Shown piece after piece: positions 38,801-53,800 of a stretch of 64,000 nt of DNA; position 1 is the first letter of the stretch; each line of letters opens with the position of its first letter. Both the position numbers and the translations under genes were made by a program. Origin of the DNA: Tubiluchus corallicola (Eukaryota > Animalia > Priapulida); assembly GCA_030141605.1 (NCBI GenBank), contig JAQGDQ010002376.1:416422-480421 (forward strand), in the 5' to 3' direction. A model generated the notes under the pieces. It was not told the origin of the DNA. It saw only the letters and a program-made list of their open reading frames with translations, and made no database searches.

Positions 38801-41800
38801 CTCTGAGAGTACGCCACACGTGTGAATGGTTGGCAACTTTTCTTGCAGCTTATTGCAAACCCAGAAGGAAAAGAGAAAAGTTGCACAGCAAGTTGCGAGA
38901 GAAGTTGCCAAACCACTCACACCTGCAACTACTCTCAGACAGAAGTTGCGCAGCAAATTGCGAGATTAGTCTCTACGTCTGAACGTGCCAGTAGCATACC
39001 TCAGTATAATTTGAAACAACAACAGATTTCTCTACATTTTTGTTTGTTGCATGAAAAGAGTACAGCAAGCTAGATAACACAAGGAGTTTCCCTGAATGTT
39101 CTGCCAGTGACACGTGCTCTCCAGAAAACAATGACAGTATATCGTCAAAAAGGCACAACTGTATGGAATAACAGACAGCCAAAATTAATATGCCATAAGA
39201 GTAATAAAACATAAGTTACATGCAGAAATTTAGTACAGTTAACTGTGCATGCTTGCACAGACAACAGTAATCAGAAAAATAAGGATTTTGATCAAGAAGT
39301 TGATTGACTAAGATACTAAGCTGGCGAATTCAGACTCAATTTGTGAAAGGAAATTTATCTTTTTTGAGAGGGATTACAATATTTTGTTTACGTACAGTAT
39401 GTAGATTTAACAGTACTGCTAATTTACAACAGCTAGTGTTCTTGTTGGTAAGACAAAGTTAGTTTCAATTGTAGAAAAGTCATGTTCAAGACTACAGAAT
39501 GTAAAATACCAAAAGCAAAATCAACATCAGAAATCAAAATTTTATAAGACATAGACAATTTATTTTTCTTCTCTTAAGCATAATGCAACAAATCAACAAT
39601 TGACTGGATGTATGTTCCTTCCATTTCAGGACTGTGAATTTATAACGATATCATTTTGAAGTAACTTTAAAAAAAATAAAATCTATAATACTAACTAACA
39701 TGTACCTAATAATAGGCCCAGATCTATAATAAAGTCACAGGAAAAAAGTCACGGAAAAAGCCACAGTTCTGGCTAAGGTCAGGGTTAGGGTTATTTTTTT
39801 TCCAATGCATTTTGTCAGCAACTTTTTTACCTGGGATCAGATAACCAGTAATGATAGTAATGCTAGTTGTTACAGTAGTCAGCTATAAGACTAGATCTTA
39901 ACTTTAATAATGTTTATATTTTAGATTACGATAGGAAGCAGTTTTCATATCACTGGGAAGGCTATTCCACAAAATAGACCCTGGAATTTCAGTGACCTGT
40001 CTCAAATTTGTGTTGAAACGTTCTATGTCATAATTGCTGCTGCTTGCAAATCTAGAGTTGTAATCATGTGTTGTGTCTATAGAGTGATAGTAATAAGAAA
40101 ACAGTACTGGATGAGTGTTATGTTTGAATCTGTAAACAAAATTGTTTAATTCTAATTTATGTATGTTTTAGTTTTAGCAGGTTTAATTCATAACACAACG
40201 ATGTAACATGAGCTCTTCTACTGGCAAATGTCATTAATTAAATAAATTTATTTTGATTGATTGTAAGGGGTTTCAAAGCTGAATTAGGGGCAATGCCATG
40301 AACAGTCAGAAATGAGTTTCATTGTATCTTTATTGATATTATGCCCAATTTAAAAAAAGACATTCCATTAATTTTGCTTATTTTGCTGTTAACATGTTGG
40401 AATGGGAATGCCATGCCAATTAATAGTCAATTATTATTCCCAAGTGTTGTTCCTATATCTGTAATTGTCATGTGGCCTAAAACCAATTATTGCACCAAAA
40501 TAATTGAGATTCTTTTATCATTTGTCTGGGAATAGTTTGTTCATCTAGCCCTGTGTTTAGCTACAACTCTGGCAAAGATGTAGTAATCGGTAATTTATGC
40601 TACGTATCGTCCATTGTTAAAGATCCAACATGCCAGATAATACAGAAACAATTTGTATAACGACTATAACACAAAGCATGGTAAATGAGCAAGCATTCAG
40701 TAACTCAGCGAGCGTCTGCTTGTACAGTGAATGAGGCGCATGCGCATTTTTCCCACGATCTTGTGCTGATAGGCAAGCCTGTTCGAGTGCTTGTTGCTGG
40801 AGCTGATGTACAAAGGAAAAGTACGGCAGAAAATATTGCCCTCAACGCGAAGCACAATGTAGCAATGAATGATTTCAGTGAATTAGTTGAGGAACGTACT
40901 GATCATTACAAAACGAATCGGAGAATCATCATGTGAAAGAAATTGCCACAAATACCTTCAGTAATGCAAGTTATGAAGATTACGAACCGGCTGTGCCGAG
41001 GAGCTTAATGAATGGAAAGCAGTTCAAACGCAATTCGATACTCGGGTAAGACGTATTACAAACATATTCGCTCCGCCATATTGACCCCATACTAATGCGA
41101 TAAATTAGTTAAGGACTGCAATTAGAAACGTTTTTTCCAATAACAAGAAACGTCTTATGATACAACAAAAAATTGCTATACGGGAAGAATGTAGCAACAT
41201 AGTTTATGAGACATTGAGTTTAATTTAATAAATGTACCGGCAGTCCATAAATGCAAGTACATTTTTGGTGGGGAGGGGGTTTGAATCTCTCCAAACTTAG
41301 ATCGTGAGAAACAATTTTAAGTTGAGTGTAAGAGTGAAGTCATGTGAAAGAAGCTTTTCAAAGCTTAAACAAACCAAAAACTGCTTGCGATCCACAATGG
41401 AACAGTCAAAGCTATCTGATCTTTCGGTTTTATCTGTTAAAATTGACTTAGCAAAAGTAATTGATTTTGATGAAGTAATTGACAACTTTGCAGCAGTGAA
41501 ATCCAGGAATGGAAAGTTCTGATTGCTGACATAAATTATAATTAGTAAAATACTGAACTGTTTGTGTTTTAATGCCAGTTTCTTTTGATACTTCAACTAA
41601 GAAGTGTATTTTCATATGATTAAAAGTGCTGCTTCAATGTGCAAATATATCATAAAAATTAAAAATATTAAGTTTTCAATTTAAAATAAACATTGTCAGT
41701 ATACTAATGTGTGCTTAGCACTTTAACTCAGTAGGATGGAAAATAAAGTGATGTTGTCTAGATGATGTTTCTCCTAATCGCCATGCAGCAAGTACTAGCT

Positions 41801-44800
41801 ATGCACATAAGATCATACTAAAGGATACAGTATATAAGCTCCAATGCACGTTTGATACCATGAGTACTGCACCGAATGACACCAACCTTGTGGTTGCCAG
41901 ATTAGAAAATTAGAAATATGGGACACTCTTATAATCTCTTTCCATACACACACATATATAATATAAGAGATTATAAGTGTCCCATATTTCTAATTTTCTA
42001 ATCTGGCAACCATAGGGCAACTGTATATATATATATATAGACATAAATTTAAACACGCCTAACACCCAGATCAATATATTATATAAAAGTAGAGACATAA
42101 GTTAAAAACATTAAGCAGGGATTTTAATGGGTTATGAGGAAAACAAAAGTAAAATCATTTGAAAATATTTATTTAATACCGAAAATGGAGAAATATTATG
42201 ATTATTTAATAATTACATTTGGGATATTTTCATCAAAAGGATCTGAGAAAAGAAAATACAATTATTCATAAAGTTACTAGTAAGAACCCGTAAGAAGGTA
42301 GTAAAAATGCATTTTTATCACGAAATTTGAAAATGAACTAAATACGCCACGGGGGACAAAATTATCAAATATGGGACATGTCCTGTATATAAGGGACGTC
42401 CAGCAACCCTAACCCTAGCGAAGCCCCTGTTCACCAGACAGGCACACCTTAGACGTAGATATTTTTCTTCTCCGTCAGTATATGATTAAATTATTCGTGA
42501 GGCAAACAAATAATAAATTTATTTAGGAGATGGGCTAGGAAAGAGCTCAATGAACAACTTTTAGCTCCTTTGATGATTTTCAAAATTTATAGTAATTCTT
42601 TTCAATGGAAGGCATCTGTTACATAATAGCAAAATGTTTACTACAACAATGTTGTGAGATACATAAGTTATTAATAACATCCTAGCATTTTAGGAATAAC
42701 TCATCATTTAAATTTTTGACAGGACAAAGTTTATAGGCTTCAAAGTAAAATATCCTCTAAAATCTAATAAATCTTAACAATTTTATGCATACTAAAACTG
42801 CTGTGATGCCCAGGTATTGCCTTTTCCACAGTTTTTGTGTGGCACTCCAGCACTCAGCCTTGGCTTATTTAATACCAGTGATTGTGGCACACCAGTACTC
42901 AGCCCTGGCTTATTTAATACCGGCGGTTGTGACAGGATCTGGCAAAGGATTCTGTGATAATCAGGAATTATCAAGGATAATCCTTTAGATGAAACAGTGA
43001 ATTGGCAGAAGTGTCTCAGCCCGGTTGGGAAGATGAATACACTCCCTGAAGGAGATAAGCAGCCCGAATCAGTGTAGTAAGTGAAACAGTTTAAAGTTCA
43101 TATAGAATCCAGTGGTCATCTATATCGCATTCACTGACCAGTGCTAGGTTGCGGAGTTGAGCCTAAAAGCACATCAATGTGGGTTCCTGATTGATGAAAG
43201 TCGACCCCAAACCTGACTCTTGAGGCCTGACTCCCAGAAGTTCTTAAAATTTTGATTTTTGAGGCATTTTATTAACCAGACTCAAACCATTAGATGATAG
43301 ATATTATATTATGAACCTTAAGTAAAGGTACTGCTTAATATTTATGTTTAAGGCAGGAGTATTTTATTATCAACAGACTGTGGCTTTTCTTTACCTGAAG
43401 ATCTAATCAGCAAAACATTAGAACCAATGGAATTTTAAATGCATTGTTTTAAGCTGCAGACCCTGCATTGATCAGCTTCAGTATTGTTTAATTTTACTTA
43501 TCTAAGCATATGCCATTATAATTCGGCTATCACCCTTGCCACAGAGATACTAAAAAGTATTATTATACTGTATTAATAGCATGTAATTATATAAAAATAA
43601 CTTCCTGAAGTTTTTCTAGACAATAAAAGAGTAGCTATAAATTGTTGATATTATGATTTATAAATTATTGAACATGTTTTATTTGTTTTGACTTAAAGAT
43701 TTGAAAGACATGGGGAAGCATTTTGCAATTTTTTAACTCATTATCATTGAATATTAGAGCTACATTTATAGCCGAATGACTGTTATAAGTCTGTTGCTAC
43801 TAAGCTTTAATTATCTGACTTTTTTGGTGAAACAGTTGTCTTAGCTATCAAAACTGACTAATTTGTTGCTAAAATAGAACATGTGACAGCAATTTTTGCA
43901 AAAAGTTAAAAGTCAAATGAAAACTAACATGAGAAAACGAATAATTTTTAAGAACAAGAAACAAAGCCATTAGAAGTGCTATTTAGTACACCGCTGTGCG
44001 CTATCTTCCGATATGATTTATTGAAGACATTTTATTTTGTTTTCCAAACTCTTAGCATCGACTAAGCACGGCATCGAATTGCACCAAGGAAATTCTGTCC
44101 TTTTGTCCGTTATGCTACAGATTTTGTTATGTTACTTTTGTTTTCTATATTATTGTGTTATGGTTTTGAAGTAGTTTTGCAAGGTTGTCTCTCATACCAG
44201 TTCAGTTCTTTGGTGTCTTGATCATCTTAGGCGTGTATTTTTTGTTGCCTCAGATGTGAGATATCAAAAGCCGACAATATACCTTTAGTCTGTTCCCGCA
44301 AAATTCAGTTACTTTTTTAGTCACTTTTCGATTTATACATGCCCATTAAAAAATTTTACGAAACGAAATTGTGTAAATACATGGCAACAATTTCAAAATA
44401 GAAAGCATGAATTTTTTTTACTCGAGAGAGGTACTCTGACTTTTCAGACTCAGAAATAAACACTTGTACTTCAATTACTTGTGTTGGATAAGTAATCCAT
44501 GTTGTTTATGTTGGGAATTAGGGTTATGATTCTATTTAATTTTACTGTAGCATTATTCTTCGAGAAAAATCATTATTTAATGTTTTTAATCTCGAATTTT
44601 ATATTAGTTAAAGTTAACGTTTTATTCACAGGTGAACAATTTGATGCTAGGAAAGCAAGTGAATAGTCTGCACAATCCCTTGTTCAATCATGAATGCTTA
44701 TGAAATGAACGAAGAGCTGCAAGCTGCCATTGAACAGTTAGAACTTGAGCAAATCGATCTGTGTGGAGAGCAGGCTGGCGAAAGCTCTATTTCAGAACTG

Positions 44801-47800
44801 GTTTATACTAACAGCATCAAAAATATTACTAGCAGCGTAACAGATGTGGGCTCAGTACAGCAGCAGCAAGCAGGCAGTCAGACTCGTTCAGCTGTGACTC
44901 ATGCTACGTATCAGCAGCAGGCTCTATCCAGAATAAATGAGTTTAATGTCAGCCTTGAGCTTATGAATACAGCCTGCGTTGATAGTAGAGATGGTTTGTG
45001 TGCGCTGGGTACCGGGACCGCTGTAAAAGATTTTGTCACTTTGGACGAATTCCAAGCTCTGCAGCAGAATCAAATGAAAGAATCATTTTCTGCTAGTGGG
45101 TTACTAGAGAGTTTAAACAATAATGAAATAACTAATGGTACACCAGAGCATTTAGACAATAATGAAAATGTTTTTGACACTCTACAGAGTGAAGGGTACA
45201 TTGAAACTGCTATTGATTCATTAGGGACATTAGAGAATAACGACGTTGCTGTGACTATTGGCAGCAATGCATTAGATATAAATCTACTGCCGTTCAGCCA
45301 GCAAGACTCAGATCATTCGTTGTCTAGGCAACAACACACTACTTCACAAAAAGTAGAAATCAATAAGCAATATGAATTGGATCTGCCCATAGAAGATGTT
45401 ACGGAGCAACGTCTTGCTAGTGATGTTACCAAGCAGATGTGCAGTGATTATGGTATTGATGTGAAATTCAGTGTGGAAAATTTTACAAGTATGCCTGTAA
45501 ATAATCAGGATAATGACTTGAATCGTGATATAGATGATTCTGATTCTGATTCTTCAGATTCAGATTCTAATTCTGACGACTTTGATAATCAGGACAGTAT
45601 TCAGAATTCAGTTGCTCCTTTAAATGAAAAAACTTCTGATAGCATAATTAATGGTTCGGTTTTCGAACGCAATGAAGCTAAAGTGATAAGTGGTTTTCCC
45701 ATTAGTCTAAACAGTGATAATGTTGAACAATTACAAGTAGAATGTAAAATCACAAATTCTCCAGTAAATATTGAAGAATGTCAAAAATACACAATAGAAA
45801 ATTCCTGTAAGACGATCTTATTCAAAACTGATGAACAGTGTGAATGTCTCGACTGTGGTGCATCACTGAGTAATCTTCTGAGTTCACAAGAACATCTTGG
45901 ATTAATGACAGCCGTTGTGAAGTTGTGTACATGCTTACAGGAAGGTAGAAAATGTTTACATTATGCAAATGAAGTAAGCACCTCTAAGTTACATGTGAGT
46001 GAACTATACAGTTGTCATATGTGTGAAATAACTTTTCACAGACTGTCTGCATTAACAAATCACATGGTTATGAAACATAATGATGAGGACTCAACTGACA
46101 ATCAAAGTGTTGCTGCTAATTACATACAACCACCTGCTAGTTTGCAAAAGACCCATAAATGTGGAATTTGTCCAGCTTCATTTTCCAATGTTTTTAATTT
46201 GCAAAAGCATGGTAGAGTTGTTCATAGTGCAATACCAAAACAGTATCGATGTACTAAATGTACTGCTTCTTTTCAAGCCTTGAAGAATTTAACATTACAT
46301 CTTCGGCTTCACGAAAATGAGCAGCAGTCATTTGAGTCTCAGCGAATAGATAAAATAGCGACAAAAACCCCAACAGCAGGAACTGATGAAGCCAGTAAGC
46401 CTGATCAAGCTAGTAAGCCTGACAGTATTGACAAAATACCAGTGAATGGCATTAAGAAGGCTGGGAATACAGATGAGAAATCAATAAAGTGTAGAATGTG
46501 CCCGGCTGCATTTAAACATACAGCAAGCCTTAAAAGGCACATACAAATCACTCATAACAAGATAAAAATGTATTCATGCAAACTCTGCCCAGCTAGATTT
46601 GGAGTTAAATCAACAGTTAAAAAACATATGAGTGATGTGCATGGGGGTGTGCCTAAAAAGTATAAATGTCAACATTGTACTGCTTCATACAGAGCCCTGA
46701 AGAATTTGCAGCGGCACATGAAACTTCATATTGCTAAATTACAGCCTGTACAGGAAAAAAAGAAAAACCAGTACCTCTGTTTTTTGTGTAGCACAAGATG
46801 TTCATCAGCGGATGTTCTTAAAGAACATATTAAAACCCACTCTGAGACGAAAGAGCCAACGGCAGATATAACAACTACACCAAGAAAAGCACTTCTGAAG
46901 ATATTTAAGTGTAATGTCTGCTCAGTTAGTTTTCACAGTCGACTAGACAGGGATGTGCATTTGCAAACTGCTCATGAGAAGGCAAAATCAACACCTGAGC
47001 AACAAAACAGTAGCTTGGATTCCAGTATATGCAGGGTATGCAAAAACAGTTTTAATTCTAAAGCTCTCTTGGACCAGCACATGAAGCAGTATAAGAAGCT
47101 GTATGAGTGTAATGCTTGCCCTGCTATGTTCAAAGTATCCACTAACAGAAATAAACACGTGAATAATGTGCATTCTGGTGCATTAAAGGCTTTCCGATGC
47201 GATGTTTGTGGAGGTGGATTTCACAGAGAATATAGCTTGCAAAGCCACATGCTACTGCATAATCAAGCCCACAAAGAGCAATATAAGTGTGATAAGTGTG
47301 ATTTCAATTGTAATTCGTCAGAACAGCTGAAGACTCATATCATTTGCAAGCATTCAGTAACTGCACAAAGTCCTGGAATTATCATAATGGACACTCCAAC
47401 TGTAAGCCTGCAAAAAATCAAAGTAGAAGATTCACATGCCGAGGCTATTACTATTCAGGAGTCTGCAGACATGGATTTTTGTGAAGATATGGAGCACTGT
47501 TGTGACATTTGTGGAAAGTTTTTCATGAAAGAGTCAGAGTTACTAGTACATGAAAAAGTACACATGGCACTAAAACCTTATAAATGTGGAATTTGTGGTC
47601 TAGACTTTTGTGACATGAGTACACTTGACATCCACCAAACATCACATACCAACAAGTCATATGAAGCATACACAAAAATGGTTGCCGAGACTTCAAATTC
47701 AAGCTGCTATGTTGACTTCCAAAATATTGGTATGCGAGAACTACACAGCAGTGGTAATGAAAATCTTAGTAATGAGAGAAAAGTGCCATTTGGGAAGAAA

Positions 47801-50800
47801 AGAGAAAGAGTTTATGAGTGTGACACGTGCAAGAAAGTCTTCAAAGATGGAGGAACTCTGAAAGTTCATAAGCGCATACACACAAACGAAAGGCCATACA
47901 TTTGTCACATTTGTCAAGCAACATTCAGACAACACCACCATCTAGTCAGACATGTAGCAAGCCATAGTGATGATAAACCATTTTCTTGTGATGTGTGCGG
48001 AAAAAGATTCAAATTAAGCGAATACCTCACAACACACAAGGCTGTGCATTCACAGGCTAAGAAATTCAAATGTGGAGTATGCGGCAAAGATTTTCGCCTA
48101 TACAGCGATTTGAGAGCTCATCAGAAAGTTCATGCATCAAAAAACGCAAAGACTGATGGTATGTTTGACAATAAGCTTGCTTTTGATAGTCATGATACTA
48201 GTCACTCTAGGCTTAAACCCCACAAATGTCCCGTTTGTAAGAACGGTTTTAAAGTGGTTCGCCACATGAAAATTCATTTGTGGTCACATTCTAAGAACAA
48301 TATGCACTATTGTCTCACTTGCGGAAAAAAATTTCAATCTCAAGTTGGCTTAGCTGTCCACAAAAGAATTCACATTGTAAAAAAAGAACTTGAAGAGGTT
48401 GTGAATGCAAGCACTAACTTGACGCAGTACGTGACCAGCACTAGTAAAGGTAAACAGTACCAATGTCCCGTATGTGAAGTGAAATTTGCACAGTCTACCT
48501 ATCTGAGTGTACACTTGCGAGTTCACACAGGCGAGAAGCCATATAAGTGTGAGGTTTGCAATAGTCGTTTTCGACAAAGAGCCCATCTTAAATGTCACAT
48601 GTTCACTCACACAGACCACAAACCTTTTTCTTGCAAAATATGTGCTGCATCTTTTAAGCAACTTTCAGCTTTAAAAAAACATGGTTTAGTACACACTGAC
48701 TTAAAGCCATACAAATGTGATTCTTGTAGTGCAGAATTTGCACAATCAACCGACTTGCTAAATCACATTATGGTACATAACGAAAATAGACCCTATACTT
48801 GTCAAACTTGTTTCGCTACATTTAAAACTGAATCATTCTTCAATAGCCACATTAAAGTACACACCCATCTTAAACCTCACGTTTGTGATGAATGTGGAAA
48901 AGACTTTCGAATCGCTGCAAATCTAACAGTTCATAAGAGAACTCACTCTAACGAAAAGCCATACCAGTGTCAAATCTGCTCAAAGCGATTTAAACAAACA
49001 GGACACTTGAAAGTTCATTTGTCAATACATGCAGACTCGAAACCATATAAATGTGATTCTTGTGGTGCCAGTTTTAGGCAACCAGGAAACTTAAAGAGTC
49101 ACCAAACCGTTCACACAGATGAAAGGCCACATGTATGTGACATTTGCCAATCAGCTTTTAAAACGTTTAGTTATTTGCAAAGCCACAAGCGAATACATAC
49201 AGATTTGCGTCCATATAGCTGTACATGTGGAAAAACATTTAAAACACCAGATGGATTGAAAGCGCACGAGAAAACTCACACAGATGAAAAGCCATATGAA
49301 TGTCGCCATTGTCATGCACGCTTTAAGCAGCAGCCTCACCTCAAAACTCATCTACTTACACATAGTACTCACAAACCTTATTGCTGTGACACTTGTGATG
49401 CACGCTTTAAACAGTCATCCCACTTGAAAGTTCACATGGCTGTTCATAGCGATGTGCGACCATTTCCTTGTCATATTTGTGGTGCGGCATTTAAAACATC
49501 AACTTCACTCAGTAGTCATAAGCGCATTCACACGGACCTGAAGCCATATGTATGTGACGTATGCAACAGAGCCTTTAAATTTTCGGAAGGACTAAAATCT
49601 CACAAGAAAACACACTCAGCTGACAAACCTTTTTCATGTGACCAGTGTGGAGCATGTTTTAAGTTGGCTGGTTATCTCAAAAGCCATATGCTAGTTCACA
49701 CTGAAATACGACCCTATTGTTGTTCTACATGTGGAGCTACTTTTAAAACAGCCAGTTACCTCCATAACCACAGCAAAATTCACACAGACATTCGACCTCA
49801 TATTTGCCACATTTGTGGAAAAGGTTTTAAAATGTCATCAAACTTGCGAGCTCATGCACGAACTCATTCAAACGAGAAACCATATTCTTGTGACCAATGC
49901 TCTGCACAGTTTAAGCAAATTGCTCATTTAAAGATGCATGTCAGAACTCATTCTGATTTGAAACCCTATAAATGTGATTCCTGCGAATCTCGTTTCCGAC
50001 AGTCTGCGCATTTAAAAGTTCACATGGCTGTTCACACTGAATCACGACCATTTGCTTGTGAAATTTGTGGAGCTGCATTTAAAACACAATCATCATTAAA
50101 CTCACACAAGAAAATCCATACAGACATTAAACCTCATTCATGTGATGTATGTGGGAAATCATTCAAATTTGCTGTTGGATTAAAAACTCACAGGCGAATT
50201 CATACAAATGAGAGACCTTTCTCTTGCGATACATGCCATGCTAGTTTTCGACAGGCTGGCAATTTGAAAAGTCATATGGCAGTGCATACAGATGTTCGAC
50301 CGTACGCATGCCCAACATGTCAAGCTGCCTTTAAAACATCATACTATCTCCAGAATCACATTAGAATACACACGACTGCTCGTCCATTTCAATGTGATGT
50401 CTGTGAAAAATCTTTTAAATTTAAGGAGGGATTACAATCTCACAAAAAGACACACACAAATGAACGCCCATTTGAGTGCGATACATGCCATGCACGATTC
50501 AAGCAAGCTGCTTATCTCAGAAGTCACATGCTTGTACATTCAGATGAAAGAAATCATTTTTGTGACATTTGTGGATCAGCTTTTAAAACTGCTGTTTATC
50601 TTGCCAATCATAGGCGCATTCACACTGATATGAGACCATACAAATGTGATATTTGTTACAAGGATTTCAAGCTGCCCGATGGCTTAAAGGCACATAAGAA
50701 GACACATTCCGATGAAAAACCATACTCGTGTAATATATGTGGTGCAAAATTCCGGCAAACAGCCCACGTAAAGGCACACATGTTAACCCATTCAGATGCT

Positions 50801-53800
50801 AAACCTTATAAGTGTGACACCTGTGATGCTTGTTTTAAGCAGTCAGCTCACTTAAAATCACATCTTGCTGTACACAGTGAAGAAAGAAAGTACTCATGTG
50901 ATATTTGTTATTCTGCTTTTAAAACATCTACTGCTCTAAACAGTCATAAAAGAATACATACTGATATAAAGCCTTATATATGTGCTACATGTGGCAATGC
51001 TTTCAAAACACCAGACGGATTGAAATCTCACCAGATTAGTCATATGGATGAACGTCCGTTTGAATGTGATACATGTCATGCTAAATTTAAGCAATCCACA
51101 AACTTGAAATATCACATGGTGGTGCATTCGGAAGAAAGAAATTATACATGTGATATATGTGACTCTGCTTTTAAAACTATGGCATATCTTACCACACATA
51201 AGCGTATTCATACAGAACTGCGTCCATACATTTGTGAATGTGGAAAAGACTTCAAGACACCTGATGGACTGAAATTGCATAAACGTACACACACAGGTGA
51301 GAAGCCATACTTCTGCAGTTTATGTGGTATGAGATTCAGGCAGTCAGGACATCTTAAATGTCACATGCAAACTATACATTCCGATTCTAAGCCATTTAAA
51401 TGTGACACATGTGATGCATGTTTTAAACAGTCAGCAAACTTGCGCAGCCACATGGCCGTACATTCTGATATTCGTCCTTATCCATGTCCTATTTGTGAGG
51501 CCACTTTTAAAACATCTACTTCATTAAGCAGCCATAAACGAATACACAGTGATATTAAACCACACATTTGTGACGTATGTGAAAAAGCATTTAAAACATC
51601 AGAAGGACTGAAGTCACACAAACACTCACACACAGATGCTAGACCCTTTGAGTGTGATACATGCCATGCCAAATTCAAGCAAGCAGGAAATTTAAAGAGC
51701 CACATGGTAGTGCATACTGAAGAACGTCCATGGACTTGTGATGTTTGTGAAGCCTCCTTTAAAACACAAGCATACCTTCATAGTCACAAACGTATCCACA
51801 CTGATATAAGGCCTTACATTTGTGAATGTGGAAAAGATTTTAAAACACCCGATGCATTAAAACTTCATAAACGTACACATAGTGATGAAAAACCGTACGC
51901 TTGTGAAATTTGTCATTCAACATTTAAGCAGCTTGCCCATGTACGAGTTCACATGGCTACACATTCTGATCTCAAGCCATATAAATGTGACACTTGTAGT
52001 GCTAGCTTCAAGTTGGCAGCATATTTGAAAACCCACATGATTGTTCACACTGAAGAAAGACCATGGATATGTGACGTTTGCCAAGCTGCTTTTAAAACGT
52101 CTAGTTATCTTAGCTCACATAAGAAAATTCACACAGATTTGAGACCATACATTTGTGATCAGTGTGGAAAAGACTTCAAGCTTCCTGATGCCCTGAAACT
52201 TCACAAGAGAACACATTCAAATCTAAGACCGTTTTCATGTGATGTATGTGGTCAGAAATTTCGGCAAACTGCACATGTTAAAGCACACATGCTTACGCAT
52301 TCAGATTCAAAACCATTCAAATGTGATACTTGTGATGCTTGTTTTAAACAGTCCGGGAATTTGAAATCTCATATGACAGTACATTCTGATGTTCGGGCTT
52401 ACTGTTGCCCCATATGCGGAACAGCTTTTAAAACAACCACATCATTAAACAGTCACAAACGGGTTCACAGTGACATTAAGCCTCATATCTGCTCCACTTG
52501 TGGCAAAGCTTTTAAAACTAGAGAAGGGCTAAAGTCACACAAATACACACACACAGATGAACGTCCATTTGCATGTGATACATGCAGTATGAGTTTTAAG
52601 CAATCCTCCAATTTAAAAAGTCACATGATTGTGCATACTGATGTAAGACCACACGTTTGTGATATATGTCAGGCAGCTTTTAAAACAGTTAGTTACCTCA
52701 CTAGTCATAAACGAATTCACACAGATTTGAGACCATATAACTGCGAAATATGTGGAAAAGATTTCAAGTTACCAGATGGATTGAAACTCCATAAACGAAT
52801 ACACACCAATGAAAAACCTTTCTCGTGTGATACATGTCAAGCTGCCTTCAAGCAGTCTGCTCATCTCAAAGTTCATATGACAGTTCATACAGACGAGAGA
52901 AATCACATTTGTGATATATGTGAATCAGCTTTTAAAACTGCATCATACCTAGCCATTCATAAAAAAACACACAGTGATGTAAGACCTCATATCTGTGATA
53001 TCTGTGGCAAGGGATTCAAGTTTACAGATGGGCTGAAAGCTCATAAAAAGACTCATACATCTGAGAAGCCATACCAATGTGAGATATGTTTTAGACGATT
53101 TCGACAAGGAGGACATTTAAAAATACATCTTCTTACACATTCTGACTCAAAACCTTTTAAATGTGACACATGTGATGCATGTTTTAAACAGTCTGGCCAT
53201 TTAAAGGTTCACATGTCAGTACATTCAGATGAAAGACCTTTCCCTTGTGCAGTGTGTGGTGCTGCATTCAAAACATCAACATCTCTGAGCACCCATAAAC
53301 GTATTCACACTGACCTGAGACCCTATTCCTGTGACTTGTGTGACAAAGCATTCAAGTTTTCCACAGGCTTGAGAGCTCATAAAAAAACTCACACAGGAGA
53401 AAAGCCATATAGCTGCAAGATTTGCGGTGCTCGATTCAGACAAATTGGTCATGTGAAGGTACATATGACAACTCACTCAGACCTGAAGCCATATAGCTGT
53501 GACACATGTAACGCTTCTTTTAAATTAGCAAGTTACTTGAGAAGCCATATGGTTGTCCATTCTGAAGAAAGAAAATGGACTTGTGACGTTTGTCAAGCAT
53601 CATTTAAGACAAATACCTACCTTAATTCGCATAAGAAGATACATACAGATTTACGGCCACACATTTGTGATATATGTTCCAAAGATTTCAAGCTGCCGGA
53701 AGCACTGCGCTTACATAAAAGAACACACACTGACATTCGACCTTATTCATGCGAGCTGTGCAATGCAAAGTTTCGCCAAACAGGACATCTCAAGTGTCAC

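Noticed and set aside
39779-39793. Telomeric TTAGGG-like repeats
   Set aside because: Only about two units; not an interstitial telomere.
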